The notes: generated by a model from the sequence alone, not told the origin. Counted from the stretch's first letter, positions 20,334 through 30,293 are shown. The stretch is 64,000 nucleotides of DNA from an uncultured Armatimonadetes bacterium (GCA_963717145.1 OY970325.1:4032001-4096000), one strand, 5' to 3'. A program made the numbers and translations.

Positions 20334-21362
20334 CTATGCCCTGCGCCGCCTTATGCCGAGAAGCGATATCAAACCACCGGCCAATGCGATGAGCGACGAC
20401 GGCTCGGGGACAGGAGTAACTTGGGAGACACGGAACCCGAGAAAGCTGGTCTCGTAGGTCGGGCCGCCGCCGCTGCTGCGGTCCGATGCTATCATGTTGC
20501 TGTCGTAGAGGTTGAACGAACTGCCGCGCAAACCGCGCATGTTGGCATCGAGGCCATAGAACAACGTCTCATTCCACTCCCAGACGTTGCCGCCCTGATC
20601 GAATGTGCCGTAGGCGCTGGCTGAGTTCTCAAACTCGCCGACTTGGGTGGTATAGTAGGGCGCGCCGATGGTGTAGCTGTAGGGGTAGGCAAGGTAGTTC
20701 GCGTGGTTGCCGGGGTCGGTGTACCCGTCGGAACCCACGCTGCTCGGCGCGCTGTTGCTCCTGGTGGGAAACAGCCAGTAGCCTGCATTCGGTCCACCGC
20801 CCTTGTAGTAGGCAGCCTTATACCACTCATCCTCGTTCGTCACAGCCCACTTCGCCCCGGCGTTTCTCCGGATCGTGCGGCCGTCAGCCTCGTTGCAGCC
20901 TGTCAGCGTGTATGCGCCGGTCTCCGTGTCGCCACTGCCCTGGCCGTTACCCAGCCAGTTGACGAAACGGCAGGCGTCCCAGAAGCTCACGTGGGTGACG
21001 GGCCTGTTCGCCCGGTCGTTAGCCACAGTGTATACGTAGGGGTCGATCACTGTGCCGCCCCCGCTGCGCTGGATGCTGCCCGCGCCGGCGTACAGCCCAT
21101 GTGGCTCGTCGGCATACTTGGCTTTGTTGTTCAGGAAGTCGGCATACTGCTTGGCGGTTACTTCATACTTGCCGATGTTGTAGGTGTAGGACACCGAGCC
21201 GCATACTCTGGCGCCTGAGACCTGACCGGCGTTTCCCGGATCGCCGACAGTGACCGTTTCCAGGTTCGTGAACCCACTGCCCAGGTTGAACACGTTCGCC
21301 TGAGCGGCCAATCCCATGCTCAGCAGCACGATGGCTGCCGTTACTGCAAATACCTTTTTCAT
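20334..21362 (-). CDS. FGE-sulfatase PEP-CTERM protein, copy C
   Basis: Same architecture. Confidence 0.9.
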   Translation of the reverse strand: MKKVFAVTAAIVLLSMGLAAQANVFNLGSGFTNLETVTVGDPGNAGQVSGARVCGSVSYTYNIGKYEVTAKQYADFLNNKAKYADEPHGLYAGAGSIQRSGGGTVIDPYVYTVANDRANRPVTHVSFWDACRFVNWLGNGQGSGDTETGAYTLTGCNEADGRTIRRNAGAKWAVTNEDEWYKAAYYKGGGPNAGYWLFPTRSNSAPSSVGSDGYTDPGNHANYLAYPYSYTIGAPYYTTQVGEFENSASAYGTFDQGGNVWEWNETLFYGLDANMRGLRGSSFNLYDSNMIASDRSSGGGPTYETSFLGFRVSQVTPVPEPSSLIALAGGLISLLGIRRRRA

Positions 21363-21428
21363 CTTCTTTCTCCTCTGGAGTTTTGTATGTTGGATACGTT
21401 GTGTCTACCGCCCGCTTTCGGCAGAGGG

Positions 21429-22387
21429 CTATGCCCTGCGCCGTCTCATGCCCATGAGTCCCACCAGTCCCCCAGCCAATCCGATGAGCGATGACGGCTC
21501 AGGAACTGCGGAGACACGGAACCGATATTCTCGACCTCGTATGTCGGCTCGAAGATGCGGCCGCGGATCGCTGCCCGAGGGCTGGGGTCGCCGGTGTTGA
21601 ACGCACCGCCGCGCAGGCCGCGATTGACACTGCTCACTATGGCCTCATTCCACTCCCAGACATTGCCGCCTTGGTCGAACGTGCCATATGGGCTGGGATG
21701 CGCGTAAGATCCGACGTCAGTTGTGTGCCCAACGGAACCGGCGTAGTTCACCATGCCGGCGTTGATAGAGTCGTTCTGAGTGGGATAGCGCCAGTATCCG
21801 GCGTTGGGTCCGCCGCCCTTGTAGTAGGCCGCCTTGTACCACTCGTCCTCGCTGGTCACCGCCCATGTCGCCCCGGCATTGCGGGTAATCGTGTTGTTCG
21901 TGATGCCGTCGGCGGTCAGAGTGTATGCGCCCGTTTCGGTGGAGCCGTTGCCCTGGCCGTTGGCAAGCCAGTTGGCGAACCGGCAGGAGTCCCAGAAGCT
22001 CACAAAGTTGACCGGGCGGTTGGCATAACCACCTGCCACGCTGTAGGAGTAGCTGCCGGGAGTGCCGTCCTGCTGGATCTTGCAGCCGGTGGAACTGCTC
22101 CACATGTCGCTGCTGTACAACCCGTGGGGGTCTGACACACTTGCCTTGGCGTTGAGGAACGCGGTGTACTGTCCGGCGGTTACTTCATACTTGCCGATGT
22201 TGTAGTTGTAGCCTACGGAGCCGCATATCCGATCCACGCCGGCGCCGCCCTGCACACTCGCGCCTGCAAGCTCACCGTTATTGCCCACGTCACCAACGGG
22301 AACGGTCTCGATAGTGATGTTCGCCTGAGCGGCTAATCCCATGCTCAGCAGCACGATGGCTGCCGTTACTGCGAATAGCTTTTTCAT
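21429..22387 (-). CDS. FGE-sulfatase PEP-CTERM protein, copy D; 1-bp deletion near 21520 shifts off the PEP-CTERM
   Basis: GGTTCCGTG where the paralogs have GGx TTC CGy. Restoring one T gives FRVSAVPEPSS...RRRRA with the stop at 21429. Confidence 0.85.
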
Positions 22388-22454
22388 CTTCTTTCTCCTT
22401 TGGTGTATTGTGTGTTGGTCGCGCGGAGTCTATTGCCCCGCTTTCGGCAGAGGG

Positions 22455-23493
22455 CTATGCCGTGCGCCGTCTCATCCCCAGAAGCGATATCAAACCACCG
22501 GCCAATGCGATGAGCGATGACGGCTCGGGGACAGCGGAGACGCGGAATCCGAAAGTGTACTCCTCGAACGACGGGTAGTTGTAGCCGCGATACAATGCCT
22601 GGAGGGTGCTGCTGTAGCTGCCGCCGAACGAACCGCCGCGCAGGCCGCGACAAACGTAATCCGAGGCTTCGTCTACAATCGCCTCGTTCCACTCAAACAC
22701 GTTCCCGCCCTGGTCGAATGTGCCGTAGGCGCTCGCCGAGTTCTCAAACTCACCCACATTGGTTCGGTAATACGGACTGCCGATGCTAAAGTCGTTGAGG
22801 GACGGGCAGTAGTTGGCGCTGTTGCCAGGGTCTGTGGCCAGCACCTGATTTGCCGGCGCGGTGTCGCTCTGGGTCTCATACAGCCAGTACCCGGCGCTGG
22901 TACTGCCGCCCTTATAGTGTGCAGCCTTATACCACTCGTCCTCGCTTGTCACAGCCCACTTCCAATCCGCGTTGCGGTGGATGGTGCGGCCATCAGGGCC
23001 ATTGTAGCCGTCCAGAGTGTATGCGCCCGTCTCGGTGGAGCCGGCCGCCTTGGCCGTTACCCAGCCAGTTGGCAAATCGGCAGGAGTCCCAAAAGCTAAC
23101 GTAGTTCACGGGCCTGTTCGCCCAGTCGGACGCCACAGTGTAGCTGTAAGGATCGGCCTCTGTGCCGCCTCCGCTGCGCTTGATATTGCAGCCGTACATA
23201 TGGTTGGCCGTGTCCATATTCGTGTTGTATAGCCCGTGGTCGTCCGTCTTTGCCTTGGCGTTGAGGAACGCGGTGTACTGTCCGGCTGTCACCTCATACT
23301 TGCCGATATTGTAGTTGTAGCTCACAAAGCCGCATATCCGATCAGAGCCGAAGCCACCCGCGCCCGCGCCCGAAAGCTCGCCGGCGTTTCCCGCGTTACC
23401 AACGGGAACGGTCTCTATCGTGATCGCCGCCTGAGCGGCTAGTCCCATGCTCAGCAGCACGATGGCTGCGGTTACTGCGAATGTCTTCTTCAT
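22455..23493 (-). CDS. FGE-sulfatase PEP-CTERM protein, copy E; frameshift near 23045
   Basis: N-half in ORF 22993..23493 and C-half in ORF 22455..23075. Confidence 0.85.
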
Positions 23494-23574
23494 CTTCTTT
23501 CTCCTTTGTCTTGTAGTGGGCGGCTGCTCTAAGGCAGCCTGCCATGATCTCTCAACTGAAAGCTGATAGCCAGT

Positions 23575-24588
23575 CTACCTCCGCCTCCTCCACATGAGAC
23601 CGCCCAGCCCGCCGATGCCGCTGAGCAGTACCAGGAGAGAGGAAGGCTCAGGAACCGCGGAGACGCGGAACCCGACCTGGTCATACTCGGTCGCCGGCAT
23701 GCCGCCCAATCGCATCCCTGCCGGGAGGTAGACGCTGCTGTGGTCGTACGCACCACCACGTATGCCGCGATCGGCGTAATCCGCATACTGCGCCGTAACA
23801 GCCTCGTTCCACTCAAACACGTTGCCGCATTGGTCAAACGTGCCGTAGGCGCTCGCAGAGTTCTCGAACTCGCCTGCGTTCGTGCGATAATATGGGCTGC
23901 CTATGCCAAACGTGCCGTAGTCGTTCATGACGTAGGCGTAGTTGGCGCTGTTGCCGGGGTCTGTGCCGAGCACCTGGTTGGCCGGAGCAATGTCGCTCTG
24001 GGTGGCATAGTTCCAGTAACCGGCGTTGGTACCCCCCTTGTAGTAAGCAGCCTTATACCACTCGTCCTCGCTTGTCAGTGCCCACTTCGCCCCAGCGTTG
24101 CGCTGGATCGCGCCACCACCACCGCCGATGTAGCCATTCAGCGTGTATGCGCCGTTCTCAGTGTCGCCGTCGCCCTGCCCGTTACCCAGCCAGTTGACGA
24201 AACGCAGGCAGTCCCAATAGCTCACTAGGTTCACAGGTCTGTTCGCCCAGTCGGATGCCACGCTGTAGCTGTAGTTGCCTGAGAGGCCGGTGCGCTTGAT
24301 ATTGCAGCCCCATGTCCAGGCGTCCGTGTCCATGCCGAGGTTGTACAGCCCGTGGTCGTCCGTCTTTGCCTTGGCGTTGAGGAACGCGGTGTACTGACCG
24401 GCGGTCACTTCGTACTTGCCGATGTTGTAGTTGTAGCCCACCGAACCGTAGCCCGGCGTCGAGTACCGCGTGTCGGGCGCGTTTCCCGGATCGCCGACGG
24501 GAACGGTCTCGATCGTGATGGCCGCCTGGGCGGCTAATCCCATACCCAGCAGCGCAAGCACTGCTGCTACTGCGAATACCTTTTTCAT
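23575..24588 (-). CDS. FGE-sulfatase PEP-CTERM protein, copy F
   Basis: Same architecture. The central part is nearly identical to copy A. Confidence 0.9.
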   Translation of the reverse strand: MKKVFAVAAVLALLGMGLAAQAAITIETVPVGDPGNAPDTRYSTPGYGSVGYNYNIGKYEVTAGQYTAFLNAKAKTDDHGLYNLGMDTDAWTWGCNIKRTGLSGNYSYSVASDWANRPVNLVSYWDCLRFVNWLGNGQGDGDTENGAYTLNGYIGGGGGAIQRNAGAKWALTSEDEWYKAAYYKGGTNAGYWNYATQSDIAPANQVLGTDPGNSANYAYVMNDYGTFGIGSPYYRTNAGEFENSASAYGTFDQCGNVFEWNEAVTAQYADYADRGIRGGAYDHSSVYLPAGMRLGGMPATEYDQVGFRVSAVPEPSSLLVLLSGIGGLGGLMWRRRR

Positions 24589-24683
24589 CTTCTTTCCTCC
24601 ATTGTTTGTAGTGGGCGGCTGCTCTGAGGCAGCCTGCCATTAGCGCTCAACTGAAAACTGATCACTGGGGACCGACAGTTAGC

Positions 24684-24971
24684 CTACCTCCACCTCCTCC
24701 ACATCAGACCACCGATGCCACCGAGCAGCACCGGGAGGGAGGGTTCTTCGGGAACAACTTGGGAGACGGGGAACCCGACATAGCCGCTGCTCTCGGACGT
24801 CGGGGAGTAATCGATAGCGCGGTTCGAGGCTTGGAGGTCGTTGTGGATGATGTGGAACGAACCACCACGAACGCCGCCCACGGGGATGGTTTCGATGGTG
24901 GTGTTTGCCTGAGCGAGGCTGCCTAGGCGCAGCAGAGCAAACGCCGCGGTTGCGGCGAATACCTGTTTCAT
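24684..24971 (-). pseudogene. Internally deleted array copy G (signal peptide fused directly to variable segment and degenerate PEP-CTERM)
   Basis: MKQVFA...ETIPVG joined to GVRGGSF...GFPVSQVVPEE...WRRWR. Confidence 0.8.
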
Positions 24972-25042
24972 CTCTTTCTCCTCCATTGCGCTGCAACGGG
25001 CGGCTGCTCTACGGCAGCCTGCCCTTAGTCACAGTTTGTACC

Positions 25043-25136
25043 ATTTTGCACAGCCCTGCCCGGTTCGTCAAGCACTAGTATGCACATTATACGGGAACTG
25101 AGCGTGACTGCGCTCAAAAACTGGTACTATTACCTG
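25043..25136 (-). promoter_or_regulatory. Sigma70-like promoter of the array plus upstream composite motif
   Basis: Minus strand TTGACG-17-CAAAAT (25071..25043). ACTGAGCGT-N10-AAAAACTGGTACTATTACCTG at 25097-25136. Confidence 0.55.
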
Positions 25137-25197
25137 GTTGGCATCCGGAGGGGAGATGGCCGATGGGGGACTGGTCTTGATCAGCCATCCTGAGTGC

Positions 25198-25356
25198 TGT
25201 CATTCTGAGCAACGAACCGCGCAGAACGCGGTTATTTCCAGCAGAAAACGCCGATCCCCCGACGACGGGAGTCGTCAGGGGATCGGCGTTTTCTTAGGAG
25301 CGGAGCGAGGAATCTGTTTCCGCAGGGCCAGATTCTTCGCTCCGCTCAGAATGACA
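25198..25356. repeat. TGTCATTCTGAGC...GCTCAGAATGACA palindromic REP-like element with nested inner hairpin
   Basis: Inverted termini are visible. A partial copy lies at ~15811. Confidence 0.75.
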
Positions 25357-25366
25357 ATCGGGGTCG

Positions 25367-27274
25367 TCAGTTCTTCTGATCGGCCGCCAGACGGTCGCGG
25401 TAGAACTTGACTCGGGCCTCCGCGTCTGATGCGCCCCAGACCTCACGGAAGAAGGTGATCTTCTCCCTCGCGACGGTCTCCGCGAACTCCTCTACGAGCC
25501 GGTCGTAGTCGACGCCCGCGCGCCTGGTTCCCGGCTGAAGCGTCCCCTGATCGGTCGTGAACCCGAGGCCCTGGGACAGCTCCGTGTAGATGATCGGGAG
25601 CTTCGCCAGCTTCACCCTGCGAGCGATCTCGGGGTCATCGGCGAGCTTCTCGGCCTCGGCGAAGAGCTTGAACGACTGGGCCAGGAAGTCCTTCGAGAGG
25701 AACGCGATGTCCGGCCGGTAACGAATATGATCCATCAACGGGTTCTCGGCGGCGTTGGTGTGCGGCTTCTTGTGGTATGCCGTCCACATATCCCACAGCA
25801 GGTCGTTGTACTGCCATATCGGCTCGGCGGCGGACCCGTAGTAGCCGTAGATGAAGTCGCGCATCAACTCGCGGGTGTCGAGCGAGGGGTCCCAGAGCTG
25901 CTTCCCCCAGACCCAGCACCGAAGCGAGACGTTGTCCGACCCCGGGCTCTGGTACGCGCCCTGGAGCATGATCCCCCGCGCGTTGTGCTCGATGTACCAC
26001 CGGATGTCCGGCGTCACGACCTGCATGTTCGGCATCGGGAGCGAGTAGTGGCTGAAGTTCGACGTGTAGTCCCAGATGTGCATCGTCGCGCCGATCGCCG
26101 CCCACGCCTTCATCGCGGTCTGGAAGCTCGACGTCTCGGTGACGAGGAGGAACGGCGTCCCCCAGGCGTGGCTGTCGGTGCATAGCTGGATGGCGACGTT
26201 GTCCCTCGGTTTGATGGTCTTCGGCGGCATGAACGTGCCGAGGTAGGCAAGCGTCGATATCTTCACATTCGGGAAATCCGCGCGGATCGCGTCGGCGACC
26301 GAGTTGACGAACTTGATGAGCGTCCCCGACTTCGACCCCTCGGCGTCGTCGATCGCCTTGCAGTTGACGCACTCACAGTAACCCTGCGCGTCGTTCGGCG
26401 ACACGCTGATGATCTCGCTGTGAGGCTTCTCCTTCAGAATCTCCTTCACGCGCGCGATGACGATCGTCAACACGTCGGCATTGGTGAGACAAAGCTGGAC
26501 CGGATTGCGCGCGCCGTTCAGCTCCGAGTAGTATTCGGGATGCTCCTTGAAGTACTTCGCCTGCGGGACGAGCGTCTCGTAGGTGTGAACGAACAGGGCG
26601 TAGTCGATGTTCCCACCGAACTCCTCCGGAATGGCCGCCGACGGGGAGTTCGTCCGGTTTCTGAGCGACCACGTGCCGTCGAATGCGTCCCAGTAGAAGG
26701 GATCGCGGATCTCGAGGACGGGCATGAACCGCCTCGGCACGGGCTTGAACTTGAGGTCGCGCACATGTGGGACGGTGTGCGAAGTCCGATCGTACCAGCG
26801 GCAGCCCAAATCCTCCTCCAGGAGCGCGTAGACCGCATTGATCGGGCCGCGCGTCTTCCCGCCGAGCAGGTAGAGGGTCTTGCCCTTGACCGCAATCGCG
26901 TAGCCCTCGTTGCCCAGGTCCGCATCCGCATCGGGGAGGTTCGCCTTGCTCAGAAGGTCGGTTCGGCCGATGCTGATCTCTCTGCCGGTGGGCCGATACG
27001 CGTCGCCCTCGATGACGATCTCGAAATCGGCGCCGGTCATATACTTGAGCCAGAGCGCGAGGTCCTCAGCGGCCTTCTCGTCCTGCGAGGTCGGGCTCGC
27101 GGGGAGCAGGATCATGTAGTCGGTCTGACCACGGGATGCGAGCGTCAACTCGGGCCCGGGCTTACCGTCAGGCCTGAGTGAGTTCTGCCAGTTCGGATGA
27201 GGATCGGCGCCGAGGCAAATGCTCGCCGCCATCAGCATCAGGATTGTCAGCCGGATGAAGTCCATGCAGTTCAT
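25367..27274 (-). CDS. DUF4838-type secreted carbohydrate-active-like protein
   Basis: Signal peptide, LGNEGYAI..G...GPINAVYALLEE.LGCRW, HPEYYS, QLCLTN, SPND..CEC..C, TLAY, IWDY. Confidence 0.75.
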   Translation of the reverse strand: MNCMDFIRLTILMLMAASICLGADPHPNWQNSLRPDGKPGPELTLASRGQTDYMILLPASPTSQDEKAAEDLALWLKYMTGADFEIVIEGDAYRPTGREISIGRTDLLSKANLPDADADLGNEGYAIAVKGKTLYLLGGKTRGPINAVYALLEEDLGCRWYDRTSHTVPHVRDLKFKPVPRRFMPVLEIRDPFYWDAFDGTWSLRNRTNSPSAAIPEEFGGNIDYALFVHTYETLVPQAKYFKEHPEYYSELNGARNPVQLCLTNADVLTIVIARVKEILKEKPHSEIISVSPNDAQGYCECVNCKAIDDAEGSKSGTLIKFVNSVADAIRADFPNVKISTLAYLGTFMPPKTIKPRDNVAIQLCTDSHAWGTPFLLVTETSSFQTAMKAWAAIGATMHIWDYTSNFSHYSLPMPNMQVVTPDIRWYIEHNARGIMLQGAYQSPGSDNVSLRCWVWGKQLWDPSLDTRELMRDFIYGYYGSAAEPIWQYNDLLWDMWTAYHKKPHTNAAENPLMDHIRYRPDIAFLSKDFLAQSFKLFAEAEKLADDPEIARRVKLAKLPIIYTELSQGLGFTTDQGTLQPGTRRAGVDYDRLVEEFAETVAREKITFFREVWGASDAEARVKFYRDRLAADQKN

Positions 27275-27351
27275 GTGCCACCTCCCCTGGCGTGTATTGG
27301 GCATACCAGGCTGCGACGATGTTACCATCTTTGCCTGGGAGGGTCAAATGT

Positions 27352-27511
27352 CAGGGCGAACGCATCAAAACACAACGATGCTTCGGTAGCAGAGGCCCGG
27401 CGGCGCTGCCGAAGCATGTCACGACACCGTGGTGCTTCGGCAGCGCCGCCGGGCCTCTGCTACCGAAGCATCGTACTCCCGAGTCGAGACGATTAGATGC
27501 GTTCGCCCTGG
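27352..27511. repeat. Nested inverted repeat between divergent genes
   Basis: Outer CAGGGCGAACGCATC/GATGCGTTCGCCCTG, inner ACGATGCTTCGGTAGCAGAGGCCCGGCGGCGCTGCCGAAGCA and its reverse complement. Confidence 0.8.
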
Positions 27512-27595
27512 GTCAAATGCTTTTCGGTGTTGAATCCGGACCGTGGAGTATGGGACAATGTCTTCGCAACCCGGCCCTCAGGTGCGGATAGGAAC

Positions 27596-28621
27596 ATGAA
27601 CGATTTCCGAACTACTCTCAACGACCCGGAACTGATCGCCGCGCGCGATGCGCACTTCGCGCGGCTCCGGTCGGTATTCGCCGGTGAATGCCTCCCCAGG
27701 GCGTTCGTCCTCCACGGCTGTGCGGGCGTCGGGGAGGCGGACCCATACCGCGAACCCGAGACGTGGATTCGTCAGGCCGCCGAATCACTCGCCGGGAAGG
27801 CCGACGCCCTCCGCGACGCCGATGTCTTCCGCCCACTCGTGATTGGCTTCGGTCCGTTCGGAGTGCATTTCGTGGACCGGATGTTCGGGGCGCATGTCTA
27901 TGAGCTGCAGAAGAACAACTGGCAGGTGAAGCCGCTCGATCAGCCGATCGGTAACCTTGCGACTCCCGATATGGATACGGATGACACCTGGGCGCTCGCG
28001 AAGTGTGCGGCGGAGGCATTTGTGGACCTCGGGGTGTCGGTCCCGCTGTTCGGGCTGCCGACGATCGCCAGTGCGCTGAACGTCGCCCTCAACCTCTACG
28101 GCCAGGAGATACTGCTGGCGATGCACGAGTGCCCGGAAGCGGCCAGGCGCGACCTGACCACGATCAACGACCTCCTCTGCTTCATGCACAAGTGGTACCT
28201 CGAGCATATGCCGATCGAGCAGCTTCAGCCCGTTGTGGCGGGATTTCGGACTCAGCCGCCGGGGCACGGGCAGTTGTGCGGCTGCTCGACCCAGCTTCTC
28301 CCGCCGGGACTCTATCGGGATTTCGTTGCCGAACTGGACGATGCCCTGCTGAGCACGTATCCCCACGGCGGGATGATCCACCTCTGCGGGACGCACACCC
28401 AGCACATCCCCGCGTGGAAGGAGATGCGCTCCCTGAAATGCCTGCAGCTCAACGACCGGGCGGCGGAGGACCTGGCCATCTACTTCCACGGCCTTCGCGA
28501 CGACCAAGTGTTCTATGTGAATCCGTGTCCGGGCATGACGGTCGAGCGGATCATGGAGATCACCGGCGGCCGGCGCGTCGTCATCGTCGCGGATATCATG
28601 CCTCCTCCGACGTCAGGTTAG
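27596..28621 (+). CDS. URO-D-like TIM-barrel protein
   Basis: GCSTQLLPP.LYRDFV..D and GMIHLCG motifs. Confidence 0.65.
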   Translation: MNDFRTTLNDPELIAARDAHFARLRSVFAGECLPRAFVLHGCAGVGEADPYREPETWIRQAAESLAGKADALRDADVFRPLVIGFGPFGVHFVDRMFGAHVYELQKNNWQVKPLDQPIGNLATPDMDTDDTWALAKCAAEAFVDLGVSVPLFGLPTIASALNVALNLYGQEILLAMHECPEAARRDLTTINDLLCFMHKWYLEHMPIEQLQPVVAGFRTQPPGHGQLCGCSTQLLPPGLYRDFVAELDDALLSTYPHGGMIHLCGTHTQHIPAWKEMRSLKCLQLNDRAAEDLAIYFHGLRDDQVFYVNPCPGMTVERIMEITGGRRVVIVADIMPPPTSG

Positions 28622-30260
28622 TCTTCGATGCGGGGAAGAAGAGGCTGACGATGTAGGCCGAGATCAAGCTCGCGGCGAGTGCGATCGGCAGGATGAATGT
28701 GAACGACATGTACGCCGGCTCGTGGTTCGCCTGATGCAGGATCGCGGTGTGATACCAGGTGGTGATCTCCTGGTAGTAGGAGATGTAGGCCGCGACCACA
28801 AATCCCACGACGATCGAGACCCACGCGCCCTGCCTGTTGCAGCGCTTGATGAAGAACGCCATGATGAAGAGCGCCGCAAGGGGAGCGATGAAGAAATTAT
28901 TGATCTTCTGAGCCACCTCCATGAAGTTGCCCTGGATAAACCTTTGGATGAAGCTGATCCCGATCGCAACCGCCCCGATCACGATTCCCATCTGCTTGGC
29001 GCGCTTGACCTGCCCGTCCTGATCGAGGCCGCGCGCGAAGATGTGCTCGAAGTCGACCATGAGCACGGTGCTGATCGAGCTGATGCCTGAGGATATGCTC
29101 GACATCGCGGCGGCGAACAGGGCTGCGAGAAGCAGTCCCGAGACTCCCGGCGGCAGTATGTGCGCGATGAACCAGGGGAAGACCTTATCGGCGGCATGGG
29201 TCAACGTGTAGAACTGCTTCGCCTGCGAGCCGAGAGCCGTCCACTGCTGAAGGTCCTCCGGTTTGACATCGGGTTTCAGGACGTTGAGTGCCGGGAGGAC
29301 GTTCAGGTGCGCCATGAAGAATCCGAGGAGGGCCATCCCGCATCCCGCCAGGACCGCGCCGAGGAAGACATTGGCGAATGCGTTCGTGAGGAAGCTCTTC
29401 CGCGCGATGGCGGCGTTCTTCGTGCTGAGGTAGCGCTGGATCGCCATCTGGTCCGAGCTGGCGGTAGCGAGCCACCAAGTGACGTAGTAGACGATGATGC
29501 CGATGATCGTGATCCGCTGGGACTGATCGACGACCGCGCGGGTGATCGAGGTCGGGTAGATCGGGACCTTCGGCCAGTGGAGGAATGCCTTGACCTCCGG
29601 GCTGCTGAGATCGGGCCACCAGCCGGTGAAGCTGTGGGCCTTGAGCATCGCATAGACCACGACGACCACCGCGCCGAGGATCAGGATCACCGCCTGCGAG
29701 GTGTCGGTCCAGATCACCGCCCGGATTCCGCCGGCCGAGGTGTAGGCGGTCGTGACGATTCCGACGGCGACCAGGATGTACTCGATCCGCCAGCCGGTCA
29801 TTGCGGCGAGGGCGAAACTGCACGTGTAGATCACGAGTCCTGCCCACGCGAGCCTGATGAGCACGAACAGAACGGCGGCGGCCCGGCGGATCCCCATGCC
29901 GAATTGCGCTTCCAGCAGTTGGTAGCCGGAGACGATGTGATGCGACATTATTCGCGGGATGATGATGAATCCAATCGGGACAAAGGCGATGAAGACGGCG
30001 GCCTGAGCCCAGAGAATGCCGAAGCCGTTCTTGATGATCTCGCCGGGCGTGACCAGATAGGTGATCGTGCTGACGAGGGTCGCCATGGTCGATAGCCCGA
30101 CGAGCAGCCAGTGCATCCCGCGCCCGCCGAGGTAGTACTCCTCGGTGCTGGTCTGCTTCCGGCTGCACACCCATCCGATCGCGAGCATCCCGACTGCGTA
30201 TACCAGGACCACGAGGTAGTCCCAGATCGTCAGTCCGCCGATTATGACTTCAGATGACAC
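28596..30260 (-). CDS. Sodium:solute symporter (SSS; SiaT-like)
   Basis: EEYYLGGR, STITYL..PG, YTSAGGIRAVIWTD, DQMAIQRYLS, AAAMSSISS. GTG start with GGAGG. Confidence 0.9.
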   Translation of the reverse strand: MSSEVIIGGLTIWDYLVVLVYAVGMLAIGWVCSRKQTSTEEYYLGGRGMHWLLVGLSTMATLVSTITYLVTPGEIIKNGFGILWAQAAVFIAFVPIGFIIIPRIMSHHIVSGYQLLEAQFGMGIRRAAAVLFVLIRLAWAGLVIYTCSFALAAMTGWRIEYILVAVGIVTTAYTSAGGIRAVIWTDTSQAVILILGAVVVVVYAMLKAHSFTGWWPDLSSPEVKAFLHWPKVPIYPTSITRAVVDQSQRITIIGIIVYYVTWWLATASSDQMAIQRYLSTKNAAIARKSFLTNAFANVFLGAVLAGCGMALLGFFMAHLNVLPALNVLKPDVKPEDLQQWTALGSQAKQFYTLTHAADKVFPWFIAHILPPGVSGLLLAALFAAAMSSISSGISSISTVLMVDFEHIFARGLDQDGQVKRAKQMGIVIGAVAIGISFIQRFIQGNFMEVAQKINNFFIAPLAALFIMAFFIKRCNRQGAWVSIVVGFVVAAYISYYQEITTWYHTAILHQANHEPAYMSFTFILPIALAASLISAYIVSLFFPASKTNLTSEEA

Positions 30261-30293
30261 GCGTACCTCCTGGGGAGACATTAGACGTCTAAT

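Noticed and set aside
24740-24880. Copy G as the template repeat
   Set aside because: It has non-A bases (e.g. CAC, ATC) where other copies have A. A template must carry A at all variable sites.
18251-25400. A complete DGR cassette (RT, Avd, template repeat) beside the array
   Set aside because: No ORF with RT motifs (YxDD, QG) and no AAC-rich template repeat seen on either strand anywhere in the window.
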